From assembly GCA_034002445.1 (NCBI GenBank), contig JAVFAP010000001.1:1-25679 (forward strand): a stretch of 25,679 nt of DNA, in the 5' to 3' direction. Below the pieces are notes generated by a model that saw nothing but the letters and a program-made list of their open reading frames with translations, searched no databases and had not been told where the DNA came from. The DNA is from a bacterium (GTDB taxonomy: Bacteria; Hinthialibacterota; Hinthialibacteria; Hinthialibacterales; Hinthialibacteraceae). A program made the position numbers and the translations under genes. Positions 17,316-25,679 of the stretch are shown piece after piece. Numbering within the stretch: the first letter of the stretch is position 1; each line of letters begins with the position of its first letter.

Positions 17316-18455
17316 TCATCCAATTTTCCACAATTGCTTTAACTCTGTCCAGCCTTGCCGCAGAATTTTTTTTCTTTGATAAGAAACCAATTGGGGGCAC
17401 TGGGCGCAGACCTCCGGCGGGTGGCCTTCCATCAACCTGCGCTTGAGATCTTGCAGGAACGGATGGGCCCGCAGCACAAATAATTCTTCATCCGGCAGCC
17501 GCCCCAGGCGCAGGTTGGTAATATAGCAGCAGGGGAAAACCTCTCCCTTGCCCTGGATCATGGCATTGCGCCATAAAAAGGCACAATAGGCCGGTTTTTG
17601 CGGCGGATCCGTTGGCGGATCGGGCCGTTTTTCTTGCCACGTCTTGGCATGCGCCAGGGCTTTGAGATAACAATCGGGATCGATATCCCAAAAGTAAAAG
17701 CGCAACCCCAATTCCTCCGCCTGGCAGCGGGCGGATTCCACTTCGCACAGCAAGTCCTGCCAATCGACCGCCAGCGTCTCTTTCTGATGCGGAGATTGGT
17801 AGGTCACGGGATGCACCACCAATTCGCTTGCCCCCACCGCCTTGGCTAACGCGGGAAAGGCGGCCAGGTCATGCAGGTTTTGGCGCATGATGCCAAACGA
17901 CAACAGCAAGACCGGCCGTTCGGCCCCCAATTCCGCCTTGAGCCGGGCCAGGGTTTTGATATTCTCGATGATCTTTTCGAAGCCTCCCGGCGGCCGCACC
18001 ACGGCGAATACCTCGGGGGTGGAGGCATCGAGCGATATCCCGATGGCGCGGATGCCGCTTTCAATCAATTTACGGCACTTGGCCTCATCCATCAGAGTTC
18101 CATTGGTGGAGAGGCTGACATTCGCGCCAAACGAGGTGACATAGCGGACTTTTTCAAAATAATCCTTGTCAATCAACGGCTCACCCAAACCATAGAGACT
18201 GACCTCATTGGCCCGTTTTAAATATGGCTCCAATCCTTGGTAATACTCCATGGAAAGCCGCACATCCTTGGGCATCAGGTTCCCCTCGTTTTCGGCACGA
18301 GGGCATTGGATACAATTCAAATTGCAGTACGACGTGGTTCCCACCGAAAGTTCCAAGGGATAGGCCTTGGGTCTTTTGCGTTTCAGGAGTAAATCCAGAT
18401 AGGCCTGGATGATATTGATCGATTTGCGAATTTTCATTTTTATGCTATTTCTCAT
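17316..18455 (-). CDS. Radical SAM protein with a twitch/SPASM (BtrN-like) auxiliary cluster domain
   Basis: CNLNCIQC, GLGEPL, STNGTL and ISLDA. C-terminal CAFLW-x8-G-x4-CC and CAQC. Start uncertain: GTG 18500, ATG 18455 or ATG 18437. Confidence 0.88.
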   Translation of the reverse strand: MRNSIKMKIRKSINIIQAYLDLLLKRKRPKAYPLELSVGTTSYCNLNCIQCPRAENEGNLMPKDVRLSMEYYQGLEPYLKRANEVSLYGLGEPLIDKDYFEKVRYVTSFGANVSLSTNGTLMDEAKCRKLIESGIRAIGISLDASTPEVFAVVRPPGGFEKIIENIKTLARLKAELGAERPVLLLSFGIMRQNLHDLAAFPALAKAVGASELVVHPVTYQSPHQKETLAVDWQDLLCEVESARCQAEELGLRFYFWDIDPDCYLKALAHAKTWQEKRPDPPTDPPQKPAYCAFLWRNAMIQGKGEVFPCCYITNLRLGRLPDEELFVLRAHPFLQDLKRRLMEGHPPEVCAQCPQLVSYQRKKILRQGWTELKQLWKIG

Positions 18456-18516
18456 TTCATGCCATCCGACACGGCTTGAGCCAGGTTTTCGTTTCGCCAC
18501 CCGTCCAGCCGAGCCT

Positions 18517-18522
18517 ATTATA
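18517..18522 (-). promoter_or_regulatory. Perfect -10 hexamer upstream of the BtrN-like gene
   Basis: TATAAT on the minus strand; the -35 match is poor. Confidence 0.35.
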
Positions 18523-18629
18523 CCCAGTTTGTTCCCCGGCCAAAATCAGAGAGCCACCTGGATTTCAAAGCCAACCGGGGTGCAAGACCATCTCTCCGCC
18601 TCTTTTTCCCCTCTTTCTCCCTGGCGTGT

Positions 18630-18638
18630 TGGTATCAT
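18630..18638 (+). promoter_or_regulatory. Putative extended -10 promoter of the methyltransferase gene
   Basis: TGgTATCAT about 50 nt upstream of ATG 18690, identical to the element upstream of pdaD. Confidence 0.4.
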
Positions 18639-18689
18639 GGAAAAGAACGACTAAAATAAAGGCATATCTTGTATGGATAGGATCAAATC

Positions 18690-19490
18690 ATGAAATTTTA
18701 TGACCATCTCGCCGAGACGTACGATTATTTCATCCAGTGGGAAGACCGGATTCACCGGGAAGATCCGTTCTACCAGCACTTGCTACGGGAACGCCTGGGA
18801 ACCTCCATCCTGGATTTGGGATGCGGCAGCGGCGGATTTTCTCTCCACTGGGCGGATATGGGGTACAATGTGGTGGGGATCGACAGTTCCATGGGGATGA
18901 TCAAGCAAGCCCAGAACAAAGCCGAAGCCCAAGAGATCGATACAGAGTTTGCCTGCCTGCCCATGACTGATTTCACCGGGAAACTACAACAGCAATTCGA
19001 CGCGGTCATCTGTGTCGGCAATAACCTGGCCCATATTTTAGAACCGGAACCCATGGTCCGGGTGTTTCAAGAGACCATCAAATCCCTGCGGCCTTCGGGT
19101 GTCGCGGTATTCCATATCCTCAACTACCAGCGCATCCTGGACAACAAACGCCGCGATTTTCCGGTAAAATCCCATACCGTGGGTGAGGATGAGTACCTTT
19201 TCATCCGGTTCTACAATTTTTTGCAAGACCTCTTGGAATTCAACATGGTCGTCGCCAGCAAAAAAGAGGGGCAATGGACCTCGCGCAGCATGTTGGTCAA
19301 ACACCGCCCCTGGGCGAAGGGTGAACTCTTGACTCTGGCCAAGCAAGCCGGTTTCACCGATATCATGACCTATGGCAATTATCAGTTTGAGGAATTCGAT
19401 CCCAAAGAAAGCCAGGATCTGATTCTAGTCTGCGAAGTCAACGAAGAACTCGACGACGAATTTGAAATTTATACCGAACCCAAGCGCTGA
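18690..19490 (+). CDS. Class I SAM-dependent methyltransferase, glycine/sarcosine N-methyltransferase-like (266 aa)
   Basis: Motif I ILDLGCGSG, GIDSS, FDAVICVGNNLAH and SLRPSG. N-terminal YDYFIQWEDR. SD AGGA. Confidence 0.9.
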   Translation: MKFYDHLAETYDYFIQWEDRIHREDPFYQHLLRERLGTSILDLGCGSGGFSLHWADMGYNVVGIDSSMGMIKQAQNKAEAQEIDTEFACLPMTDFTGKLQQQFDAVICVGNNLAHILEPEPMVRVFQETIKSLRPSGVAVFHILNYQRILDNKRRDFPVKSHTVGEDEYLFIRFYNFLQDLLEFNMVVASKKEGQWTSRSMLVKHRPWAKGELLTLAKQAGFTDIMTYGNYQFEEFDPKESQDLILVCEVNEELDDEFEIYTEPKR

Positions 19491-20416
19491 ATCCGGACCC
19501 GTTCCAAGAGCGGGGGGAGTTCCGTTTTTTGAAAATGGCTGGGGCCCGCATGGCGGGCCGCCGCCGAAGCGCAAGCGATGGCATACCGGAACAAATCCGC
19601 TTCGGATTTGTTCCGGGCCAGACCGTAAGCCAGTCCTGCCGCCAGTGCATCCCCACAGCCAACGGTATCAACTACTTCCTCTTCCGCCATGGGAAGCGAC
19701 ACATGCCAGATCCCTTGCGGAGTTCCCGCGATCATCCCCCCCGCTCCCAGCGTGAGAATGAGGATGGGCACGGCATGACGCGATTGCAGAACCATCATCG
19801 CCTGGGCACCCGCTTCAAGGGATTCGAGAGGAAATCCCACTAGTTCTTCCGTCTCGCTTTGGTTGATTTTCACGACGAATGGCCGGGCCGCTACGCCTTT
19901 CGCCAGCGGCTCTCCGCTGGCGTCCAACACCACCAGCGCTTGGTAATCTTTGCATTCTTCGATCATGACAGAATAGATGGAGGGATCGATCCCCAGGGGC
20001 AAACTGCCCGAAATCACCACAATATCCCGCGGGTTCAGCCGATTGATCAGGGTATCGATCAGCCGGTCGGCCAAGAGAGGCGAAACCGGTTCTCCCTTCG
20101 TCTGGATGTGGGTTACTGTCCGGTCTCCATTATCCAGCAGGGTCGCGTGATAGCGCATCATCACCGGCCCAGTAACCGGCAAGAACGTAATCCCATGCTG
20201 GCTACATGCGTGCTGATATAACGGAAAACAGGCTTCGTTCAAAATCGTGTAAGTTGCCGAGGTCTCTTCCAGGCAAGACAGCGCATACGAGACATTGATC
20301 CCCTTTCCCGCCGGCACCATTTGAAAATCCGCGCAGCGGAACGTGGTTCCCTTTTGGAAGTGGGGCACATGATAAATTAAATCGACAACCGGATTGAATG
20401 TGATGGTGTGAATCAT
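19469..20416 (-). CDS. PfkB family hexose-phosphate kinase (1-phosphofructokinase/LacC subfamily, 315 aa)
   Basis: TITFNPVVD, AGKGINVS, ISGSLP, LDASG, KINQSE, LTLGAGG and DTVGCGDA. The substrate cannot be assigned. Confidence 0.9.
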   Translation of the reverse strand: MIHTITFNPVVDLIYHVPHFQKGTTFRCADFQMVPAGKGINVSYALSCLEETSATYTILNEACFPLYQHACSQHGITFLPVTGPVMMRYHATLLDNGDRTVTHIQTKGEPVSPLLADRLIDTLINRLNPRDIVVISGSLPLGIDPSIYSVMIEECKDYQALVVLDASGEPLAKGVAARPFVVKINQSETEELVGFPLESLEAGAQAMMVLQSRHAVPILILTLGAGGMIAGTPQGIWHVSLPMAEEEVVDTVGCGDALAAGLAYGLARNKSEADLFRYAIACASAAARHAGPSHFQKTELPPLLERVRIQRLGSV

Positions 20417-20596
20417 AATCAGCGCTTTCTGAACTCAGAATTCATACAGGATAAGCCCAAACGTTCCCCCTGCCTAGACACAGAAACCGCCTTCCCTTTT
20501 TACCTGTCCAGTTTTTTGCAGGGCCTTTGGCCTTCGTAAAAAATCAAATATCGTAAATAGAAAAACACCTTATCTCAGAAAGGAAACCCATCCGCC

Positions 20597-21373
20597 ATGC
20601 CAGCTCTTCTGGAAATGAACAACGTCACCGTGATTCGGGATGGCAAACGCATCTTGGACCAAATTTCATGGACCATGCAATCCAACGAACATTGGGCGGT
20701 CATCGGCAAGAACGGCGCGGGGAAATCGTTCTTACTGCAACTGCTTTCAGCCAATTTTCACCCCACCGCGGGCACCGTGCGGGTGATGGGGGAAGAACTG
20801 GGCAAAGTCAACCTGTGGGATTTGCGTACCAAAATTGGGCTGGTCAGCGATACCTTGCACCGCCGCTACCACGAATACTTGCCTATGATCGATGTCGTCT
20901 GCTCGGGATTTTTCGCCAGTATCGGGTTATATGACGCTGTCACCGCTGAAATGCGTCACAAAGCCGAAGCCATTCTGGAACAGACCGGCCTCGCCGCCTT
21001 GCGCGACCGGGCGTTTGGCGATTTGTCCCATGGCGAACAGCGGCGCACTTTGATCGCTCGTGCGCTGGTTTTCAATCCCCGCATTTTGATCCTGGATGAG
21101 CCTTGCAGCGGGCTGGATATCCCCAGCCGGGAAAGTTTTCTGGGGCTGGTGCAAGAACTCGGTGAAGCGGGCCATAATTTGGTTTTTGTCACCCACCACA
21201 TGGAAGAGGTATTGCCGGTCATCAGCCATGTGCTGTATATCAAGGATGGATTGGTTTTCGCCCAGGGACCCAAGGAAAAGATGATGCAATCGCATGTGCT
21301 CGAACCGGTCTTCGATTACCCAATTCCCTTGGTCCAAAGTGAGGGGCGCTACTGGCCCAAATTTTTCACGTGA
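20597..21373 (+). CDS. ABC ATPase, ModF/YlmA-like (258 aa)
   Basis: Walker A GKNGAGKS, signature LSHGEQRR, Walker B ILILDEP and H-loop VTHH. HWAVIG is typical of the ModF-like group. Confidence 0.9.
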   Translation: MPALLEMNNVTVIRDGKRILDQISWTMQSNEHWAVIGKNGAGKSFLLQLLSANFHPTAGTVRVMGEELGKVNLWDLRTKIGLVSDTLHRRYHEYLPMIDVVCSGFFASIGLYDAVTAEMRHKAEAILEQTGLAALRDRAFGDLSHGEQRRTLIARALVFNPRILILDEPCSGLDIPSRESFLGLVQELGEAGHNLVFVTHHMEEVLPVISHVLYIKDGLVFAQGPKEKMMQSHVLEPVFDYPIPLVQSEGRYWPKFFT

Positions 21374-21452
21374 TCCGCCTGCGCGCGGGGTCCGCCCGGC
21401 CCGGAAGGTCATCCCAGACGCCGAACCGATCCCTTTGATTCTGTTGCCAATC

Positions 21453-21461
21453 TGATACACT
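21453..21461 (+). promoter_or_regulatory. Putative extended -10 promoter of leuB
   Basis: TGaTACACT about 90 nt upstream of the ATG. Confidence 0.4.
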
Positions 21462-21550
21462 ACTAGCTTTTGAGCGTCAATAGCATACTCAATCCATTGA
21501 TTACGGCTATCGTTTACAAAACACCCAGAAAGAAAGGTGCGGAGGTTTTC

Positions 21551-22630
21551 ATGAAAACATACAAGATCGCGGTTTTAGGCGGAGATGGCACAGGGCCCGA
21601 GGTGGTCCGCGAGGGGATTAAAATCCTCAATGTCTTACAAGCAAAAGCCGGTTTCAAGTTGGAATTCGAAGAGTTTGATTGGGGGGGAGACCGGTACCTG
21701 GCAACGGGAGAAATCCTGCCCAAAAACGCCTCCGATATTCTTCGCCAATTCGACGCCGTCTACCTGGGCGCCATCGGGCATCCCGATGTCAAACCAGGCA
21801 TTCTGGAAAAAGGCATTTTGCTGCGTCTCCGCTTTGAACTGGATCAATACATCAACCTTCGGCCTGTCAAACTGTATCCAGGCGTATGGACCCCCATCAA
21901 GGACAAAGGGCCCAAGGAAGTGGATTTCGTCGTCATTCGCGAGAACAGCGCGGGGATCTATACCGGCAGCGGCGGAGTGATCAAAGAAGGCACGCCAAAC
22001 GAAGTAGCCATTCAAGAGATGGTCTACACCCGCTTCGAAGTGGACCGCTGCTTGAAATACGCGTTTGAATACACCCGCAAGCGCAACAAAACCAACACCC
22101 TGACCTTGTGCGGCAAGACCAATGTCCTCACCTACGTTTATGGTCTGTGGGAACGGGCGTTCCACGAAATGGGCCAGAAAGACTTCCCCGATATCAAACG
22201 CGATTACGCGCACGTCGACGCCACCACCATGTGGATGGTAAAAAATCCAGAATGGTTCGATGTCATCGTGACCGGCAACATGTTCGGCGATATCATCACC
22301 GACCTGGGCGCCATGGTGCAAGGTGGGATGGGTGTGGCCGCCGGCGGCAATATCAACCCCGAAGGCGTGTCCATGTTTGAACCCATCGGCGGGTCCGCCC
22401 CCAAGTACACCGGCCAGAACGTCATCAACCCCATCGCTGCGATCTCGGCTGGGCAGATGATGCTGGAACACCTGGGCGAAGAAAAAGCCGCCAAGATGAT
22501 GGATCAAGCCATCTCCGATTTCCTCGGCAGCGGCACCTTGCCTGGTTTGAGTGTCAAGGACATCAAAGAAGCCGGTCTCTCCACATCCAAGATCGGAGAC
22601 ATGATTGCGCAGCGCGTGCAAGATATGTAA
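21551..22630 (+). CDS. leuB: 3-isopropylmalate dehydrogenase (type 2 LeuB; beta-decarboxylating dehydrogenase family, 359 aa)
   Basis: GDGTGPEV, YINLRPVKLY, RENSAGIY, KTNVL, NMFGDIITD and MFEPIGGSAP. SD GGAGG at 21541-21545. Tartrate or other dehydrogenase specificity is not excluded. Confidence 0.85.
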   Translation: MKTYKIAVLGGDGTGPEVVREGIKILNVLQAKAGFKLEFEEFDWGGDRYLATGEILPKNASDILRQFDAVYLGAIGHPDVKPGILEKGILLRLRFELDQYINLRPVKLYPGVWTPIKDKGPKEVDFVVIRENSAGIYTGSGGVIKEGTPNEVAIQEMVYTRFEVDRCLKYAFEYTRKRNKTNTLTLCGKTNVLTYVYGLWERAFHEMGQKDFPDIKRDYAHVDATTMWMVKNPEWFDVIVTGNMFGDIITDLGAMVQGGMGVAAGGNINPEGVSMFEPIGGSAPKYTGQNVINPIAAISAGQMMLEHLGEEKAAKMMDQAISDFLGSGTLPGLSVKDIKEAGLSTSKIGDMIAQRVQDM

Positions 22631-22673
22631 TTCCACTTCGGGAGCAAGATCGTACTTTATTTTTCAAACATAG

Positions 22674-22701
22674 AGGGGAAGGCTGGCCTTCCCCTTTTCT
22701 T
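22674..22701 (+). terminator. Intrinsic terminator after leuB
   Basis: AGGGGAAGG-CTGG-CCTTCCCCT followed by TTTCTT. Confidence 0.85.
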
Positions 22702-22800
22702 TGAGAATTATTCCCGGATAAGATAGGACAAAGCAATGCCTAGCCATATTGAACCCAAACACACAACAACCCAAACAACCCCGACTGATGGAGGGAAGAG

Positions 22801-24339
22801 ATGAAAAAAACCGTCCTGTTTTTATGGTTCTGCCTAATTCTGGCCAGCGCCACTTTGGCTCAAGACAATCCGGTGCAACCGGAGCAGACCGCACCCGATG
22901 CCGCCGTGGAAGCCGTTCCCGATCCAGCCCCCGCCACGGATGCAAACCACACCTCTGAGACCGCACTGCACAGCGAAGCCGCGGGCCATGGCGGAGGCCA
23001 TGCCAACCTGGGCGAGGAACTGCCCCTGTGGACGGGCATTCCCTTCGTTGGAATCTTACTCTCGATCGCCCTCTTTCCGCTCTTCGCTCCCCATTTCTGG
23101 CATCATCATTTCCCCAAAATTGCCTTTGGCTGGGCGCTGCTCTTGGCCATCCCATTCGTCTTCGCCTACAAGGGTATCGCGGTGTATGAGATCGTCCACA
23201 TTCTTCTGTTGGATTATGTTCCCTTCATTATCCTGCTGTGGGCACTGTATACCGTCGCGGGTGGGATTTTGTTGCGCGGCACCCTGGTCGGGACCCCTGT
23301 CGTCAACACCGGGATGCTTTTAATTGGCACGATTTTGGCCTCTTGGATGGGAACCACCGGCGCGGCCATGCTGCTAATCCGCCCCTTCCTGCGCGCCAAC
23401 AAGTACCGTAAAAACACCACCTTCATGGTGTGTTTCTTCATCTTCCTGGTCGCCAACGTGGGCGGTTCCCTCACCCCGCTGGGCGATCCCCCGCTCTTCC
23501 TGGGCTTTTTGCATGGGGTTCCCTTCTTCTGGACATTCAATCTGCTGACCGAAATGCTCTTCGTTTCGGGGATTCTGCTGGTGATCTATTTCTTCATGGA
23601 TCTGTATTTCTATAAGAAAGAAAATCCCACCCCACCGATGGAAGAGAAAGTTCCGCTCAAACTGGAAGGCTGGCACAATTTCTTCTTATTGGGCGGAGTC
23701 GTCGGCGCAGTCCTCATGAGCGGTTTGGTCCATATGGGCGAGATCAATATCTTTGGGATTCACCGCGCCACCCAGGATGTCCTGCGGGATGTACTGCTTA
23801 TCCTCATTGGGATCGCTTCCCTGGTAACGACCTCCAAAAAAGTCCGCAGTGACAACGAATTCACCTGGTTCCCCATCCAAGAAGTCGCCTATTTGTTCGT
23901 CGGCATTTTCATTACCATGGTGCCCTGCCTCTTGATCCTCAAAGCGGGCCCCAACGGAGCCGCCAAGGCGCTCTTTGACATTGTGGAACAGCCGTATCAT
24001 TATTTCTGGATCACCGGGCTGCTCTCCAGTTTCCTGGACAACGCGCCGACTTACCTGACCTTCTTCGGTACCGCCCAGGGGCAGTTCTACCCCGGCATGC
24101 CGGAAGCGCAGGCGGTTCCTCTGCTTTTATCCGAGAACGCCATTTATCTGAAAGCCATCTCCACCGGGGCGGTCTTCTTCGGCGCCAACACCTACATCGG
24201 CAACGCGCCCAACTTCATGGTCCGTTCCATCGCGGAAGAATCCGGTACGCCAATGCCCAGTTTCTTTGGCTATTTCTTCCTCTATGCTTGCACCATCCTG
24301 CTGCCAATCTTCGTACTGACCACCTGGATCTTCTTCTAG
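22801..24339 (+). CDS. Ion-transporter (IT) superfamily permease, putative Na+/H+ antiporter (NhaD / CitMHS_2-like, 512 aa)
   Basis: Multiple TM helices, ASWMGTTGAAMLLIRP, ANVGGSLTPLGDPPLFLGF, SSFLDNAPTYL and TYIGNAPNFMV. SD GGAGG. Confidence 0.85.
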   Translation: MKKTVLFLWFCLILASATLAQDNPVQPEQTAPDAAVEAVPDPAPATDANHTSETALHSEAAGHGGGHANLGEELPLWTGIPFVGILLSIALFPLFAPHFWHHHFPKIAFGWALLLAIPFVFAYKGIAVYEIVHILLLDYVPFIILLWALYTVAGGILLRGTLVGTPVVNTGMLLIGTILASWMGTTGAAMLLIRPFLRANKYRKNTTFMVCFFIFLVANVGGSLTPLGDPPLFLGFLHGVPFFWTFNLLTEMLFVSGILLVIYFFMDLYFYKKENPTPPMEEKVPLKLEGWHNFFLLGGVVGAVLMSGLVHMGEINIFGIHRATQDVLRDVLLILIGIASLVTTSKKVRSDNEFTWFPIQEVAYLFVGIFITMVPCLLILKAGPNGAAKALFDIVEQPYHYFWITGLLSSFLDNAPTYLTFFGTAQGQFYPGMPEAQAVPLLLSENAIYLKAISTGAVFFGANTYIGNAPNFMVRSIAEESGTPMPSFFGYFFLYACTILLPIFVLTTWIFF

Positions 24340-24362
24340 GCGATACCCAACACCAGAAACAG

Positions 24363-24400
24363 AGAGGGGGAACGCGGTGACGCGCTCCCCCTTTTTCTTT
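24363..24400 (+). terminator. Intrinsic terminator after the antiporter gene
   Basis: AGGGGGAACGCG-GTGA-CGCGCTCCCCCT (one mismatch) followed by TTTTCTTT. Confidence 0.8.
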
Positions 24401-24422
24401 GCTTAAAACACCACAACCTATG

Positions 24423-24451
24423 ATGACAAATCGTTTTTTCTGGTTTACTCT
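24423..24451 (+). promoter_or_regulatory. Putative sigma70 promoter of elbB
   Basis: ATGACA, 17 bp spacer, TACTCT. Confidence 0.45.
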
Positions 24452-24483
24452 ATAGAAAATCAATCCCTCCAGGAGAGCGGACC

Positions 24484-25143
24484 ATGAAACGAGTAGGCGT
24501 GATTCTTGCCGGATGCGGCGTATTAGACGGAAGTGAAATTCACGAAGCGGTACTCACCCTTCTTTACCTGGACCGGGATGGCGCGGATGTGCAGTGCTTT
24601 GCCCCGGATAAACCGCAGATGCACGTTGTCAACCACCTCACCAAACAGCCGGTGGATGGCGAAACCCGCAACGTCTTGGTAGAAGCCGCCCGCATCGCCC
24701 GGGGGCAGATCAAACCCCTTTCCGAACTGCGCATGGAAGATATCGACGCCGTCATTATCCCCGGAGGCTTCGGCGCCGCCAAGAATCTCTGCACCTATGC
24801 CACCCAAGGGGTGGAATGCGAGATCGACTCCGATATGAAACAGGTGATTCAAGAAGCTGTGGCGCAAGGCAAAGTGGTGGGCGCGATCTGCATTTCCCCC
24901 GTGGTGGTTGCCAAGGCCCTTCAGGAAAAAGGGCTGCACCCCAAACTGACCATCGGCACCGATCCCGGCACCAACCAGGATTTGGCCGACCTGGGCGCGG
25001 AAGCGATTGACCAGGCGGTCAACGAGATTATCGTGGATGAAACCTTGCGTATCGTCACCACGCCCGCCTACATGCTGGGCCCCAGCATTTCCCATGTCGC
25101 CTTGGGGATCAAAAAACTGGTGGATAAAGTTCTGGAGTTATAA
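24484..25143 (+). CDS. elbB: Glyoxalase ElbB (DJ-1/PfpI family, enhancing lycopene biosynthesis protein 2; 219 aa)
   Basis: LAGCGVLDGSEIHEAV, NVLVEAARIARG, PGGFGAAKNL, GAICISP and TTPAYML. SD AGGAG at 24471-24475. Confidence 0.93.
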   Translation: MKRVGVILAGCGVLDGSEIHEAVLTLLYLDRDGADVQCFAPDKPQMHVVNHLTKQPVDGETRNVLVEAARIARGQIKPLSELRMEDIDAVIIPGGFGAAKNLCTYATQGVECEIDSDMKQVIQEAVAQGKVVGAICISPVVVAKALQEKGLHPKLTIGTDPGTNQDLADLGAEAIDQAVNEIIVDETLRIVTTPAYMLGPSISHVALGIKKLVDKVLEL

Positions 25144-25192
25144 CAAACCAAGCAATCACCTGGCGCATCCGTGGGAACAGGTCAACTAAGGC

Positions 25193-25220
25193 GCGGGGGA
25201 AAGACAATCCCCCGCCGTTT
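25193..25220. terminator. Hairpin between convergent elbB and the GGDEF gene
   Basis: GCGGGGGA-AAGACAA-TCCCCCGC, a perfect 8-bp stem with only a short T-tract. Confidence 0.55.
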
Positions 25221-25679
25221 CTATTCCGCGGCATCGGGACAGGAATCACAGGGGACTTCACACGCCACCGCACGGTTCCGACCAGAGTTTTTGGCGAGAT
25301 ACAGTCCCTTATCCGCGGCCTGGATCAACCGCTCCGGCAGCAGCCCTGCACTGGGAACAACCGAAGCGATACCGATGCTGACCGTCACCACCGGGCGTAT
25401 CATGGACATATCATGAGGCCAGGCTTTTTCTTCCACCAGCGAGCACAATTTTTCCGCGAAACTCGTAGCCTGCGCGATGTGGGTATCCGCCAGCAGGATG
25501 ACAAATTCCTCTCCGCCATAGCGCGCGAACAAGTCCCCCGGACGCTTCACTTGTTGCTGCAAGAGATTCGCCACCATCTTCAAGCATTCATCTCCAGCCA
25601 AATGACCATAATGGTCGTTAAAATTTTTAAAAAAATCCACATCACAAAAGAGCAAGGATAGAGCGGTTTGATTGCGCAC
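25221..25679 (-). CDS. Diguanylate cyclase, C-terminal GGDEF domain; N-terminus outside the window
   Basis: DVDFFKNFNDHYGHLAGD, I-site RPGD, active site GGEEF, VTVSIG and ADKGLYLAKNSGRN. Stop TAG at 25221-25223. Confidence 0.93.
   Translation of the reverse strand: MRNQTALSLLFCDVDFFKNFNDHYGHLAGDECLKMVANLLQQQVKRPGDLFARYGGEEFVILLADTHIAQATSFAEKLCSLVEEKAWPHDMSMIRPVVTVSIGIASVVPSAGLLPERLIQAADKGLYLAKNSGRNRAVACEVPCDSCPDAAE

Noticed and set aside
21462-21550. Possible leucine attenuator in the leuB leader
   Set aside because: No Leu-rich leader peptide and no terminator hairpin before the SD.
22631-22800. Possible Na+/Li+ or fluoride riboswitch upstream of the antiporter
   Set aside because: None of the conserved cores I know is present; the only strong structure is the leuB terminator.

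Overview
A bacterial chromosomal window of mostly metabolic genes; I see no CRISPR array, rRNA, intact tRNA, transposase, integrase or phage gene. In order: 5'-truncated aldose 1-epimerase (galM); a translationally coupled radical SAM/SPASM + membrane GT2 glycosyltransferase pair, divergent from a 7Fe-type ferredoxin; a secreted GH33 sialidase; an ~880 bp unexplained gap holding a REP-like palindrome and a possible gene remnant; a complete divergent four-gene polyamine cluster (carboxyspermidine dehydrogenase + nspC on the minus strand, pyruvoyl arginine decarboxylase pdaD + agmatinase speB on the plus strand); a secreted DUF5696/GH129-like glycoside hydrolase; a membrane SGNH hydrolase and a YgiQ/TIGR03960-like radical SAM protein; a PAS histidine kinase split by a single frameshift; a 112-aa hypothetical; a BtrN/twitch-like radical SAM protein; a class I methyltransferase; a PfkB-family kinase; an orphan ModF-like ABC ATPase; leuB; an IT-superfamily Na+/H+ antiporter-like permease; elbB; and the C-terminal GGDEF domain of a diguanylate cyclase running off the right edge. 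The best candidates for undescribed biology are the radical SAM-GT2-ferredoxin unit, the self-contained polyamine cassette bracketed by GTAG-type REP-like palindromes, the frameshifted kinase and the divergent GH129-like enzyme. All family calls come from motif recognition by eye, without database searches. Promoter and terminator calls are pattern-based. The taxon cannot be determined from this window.
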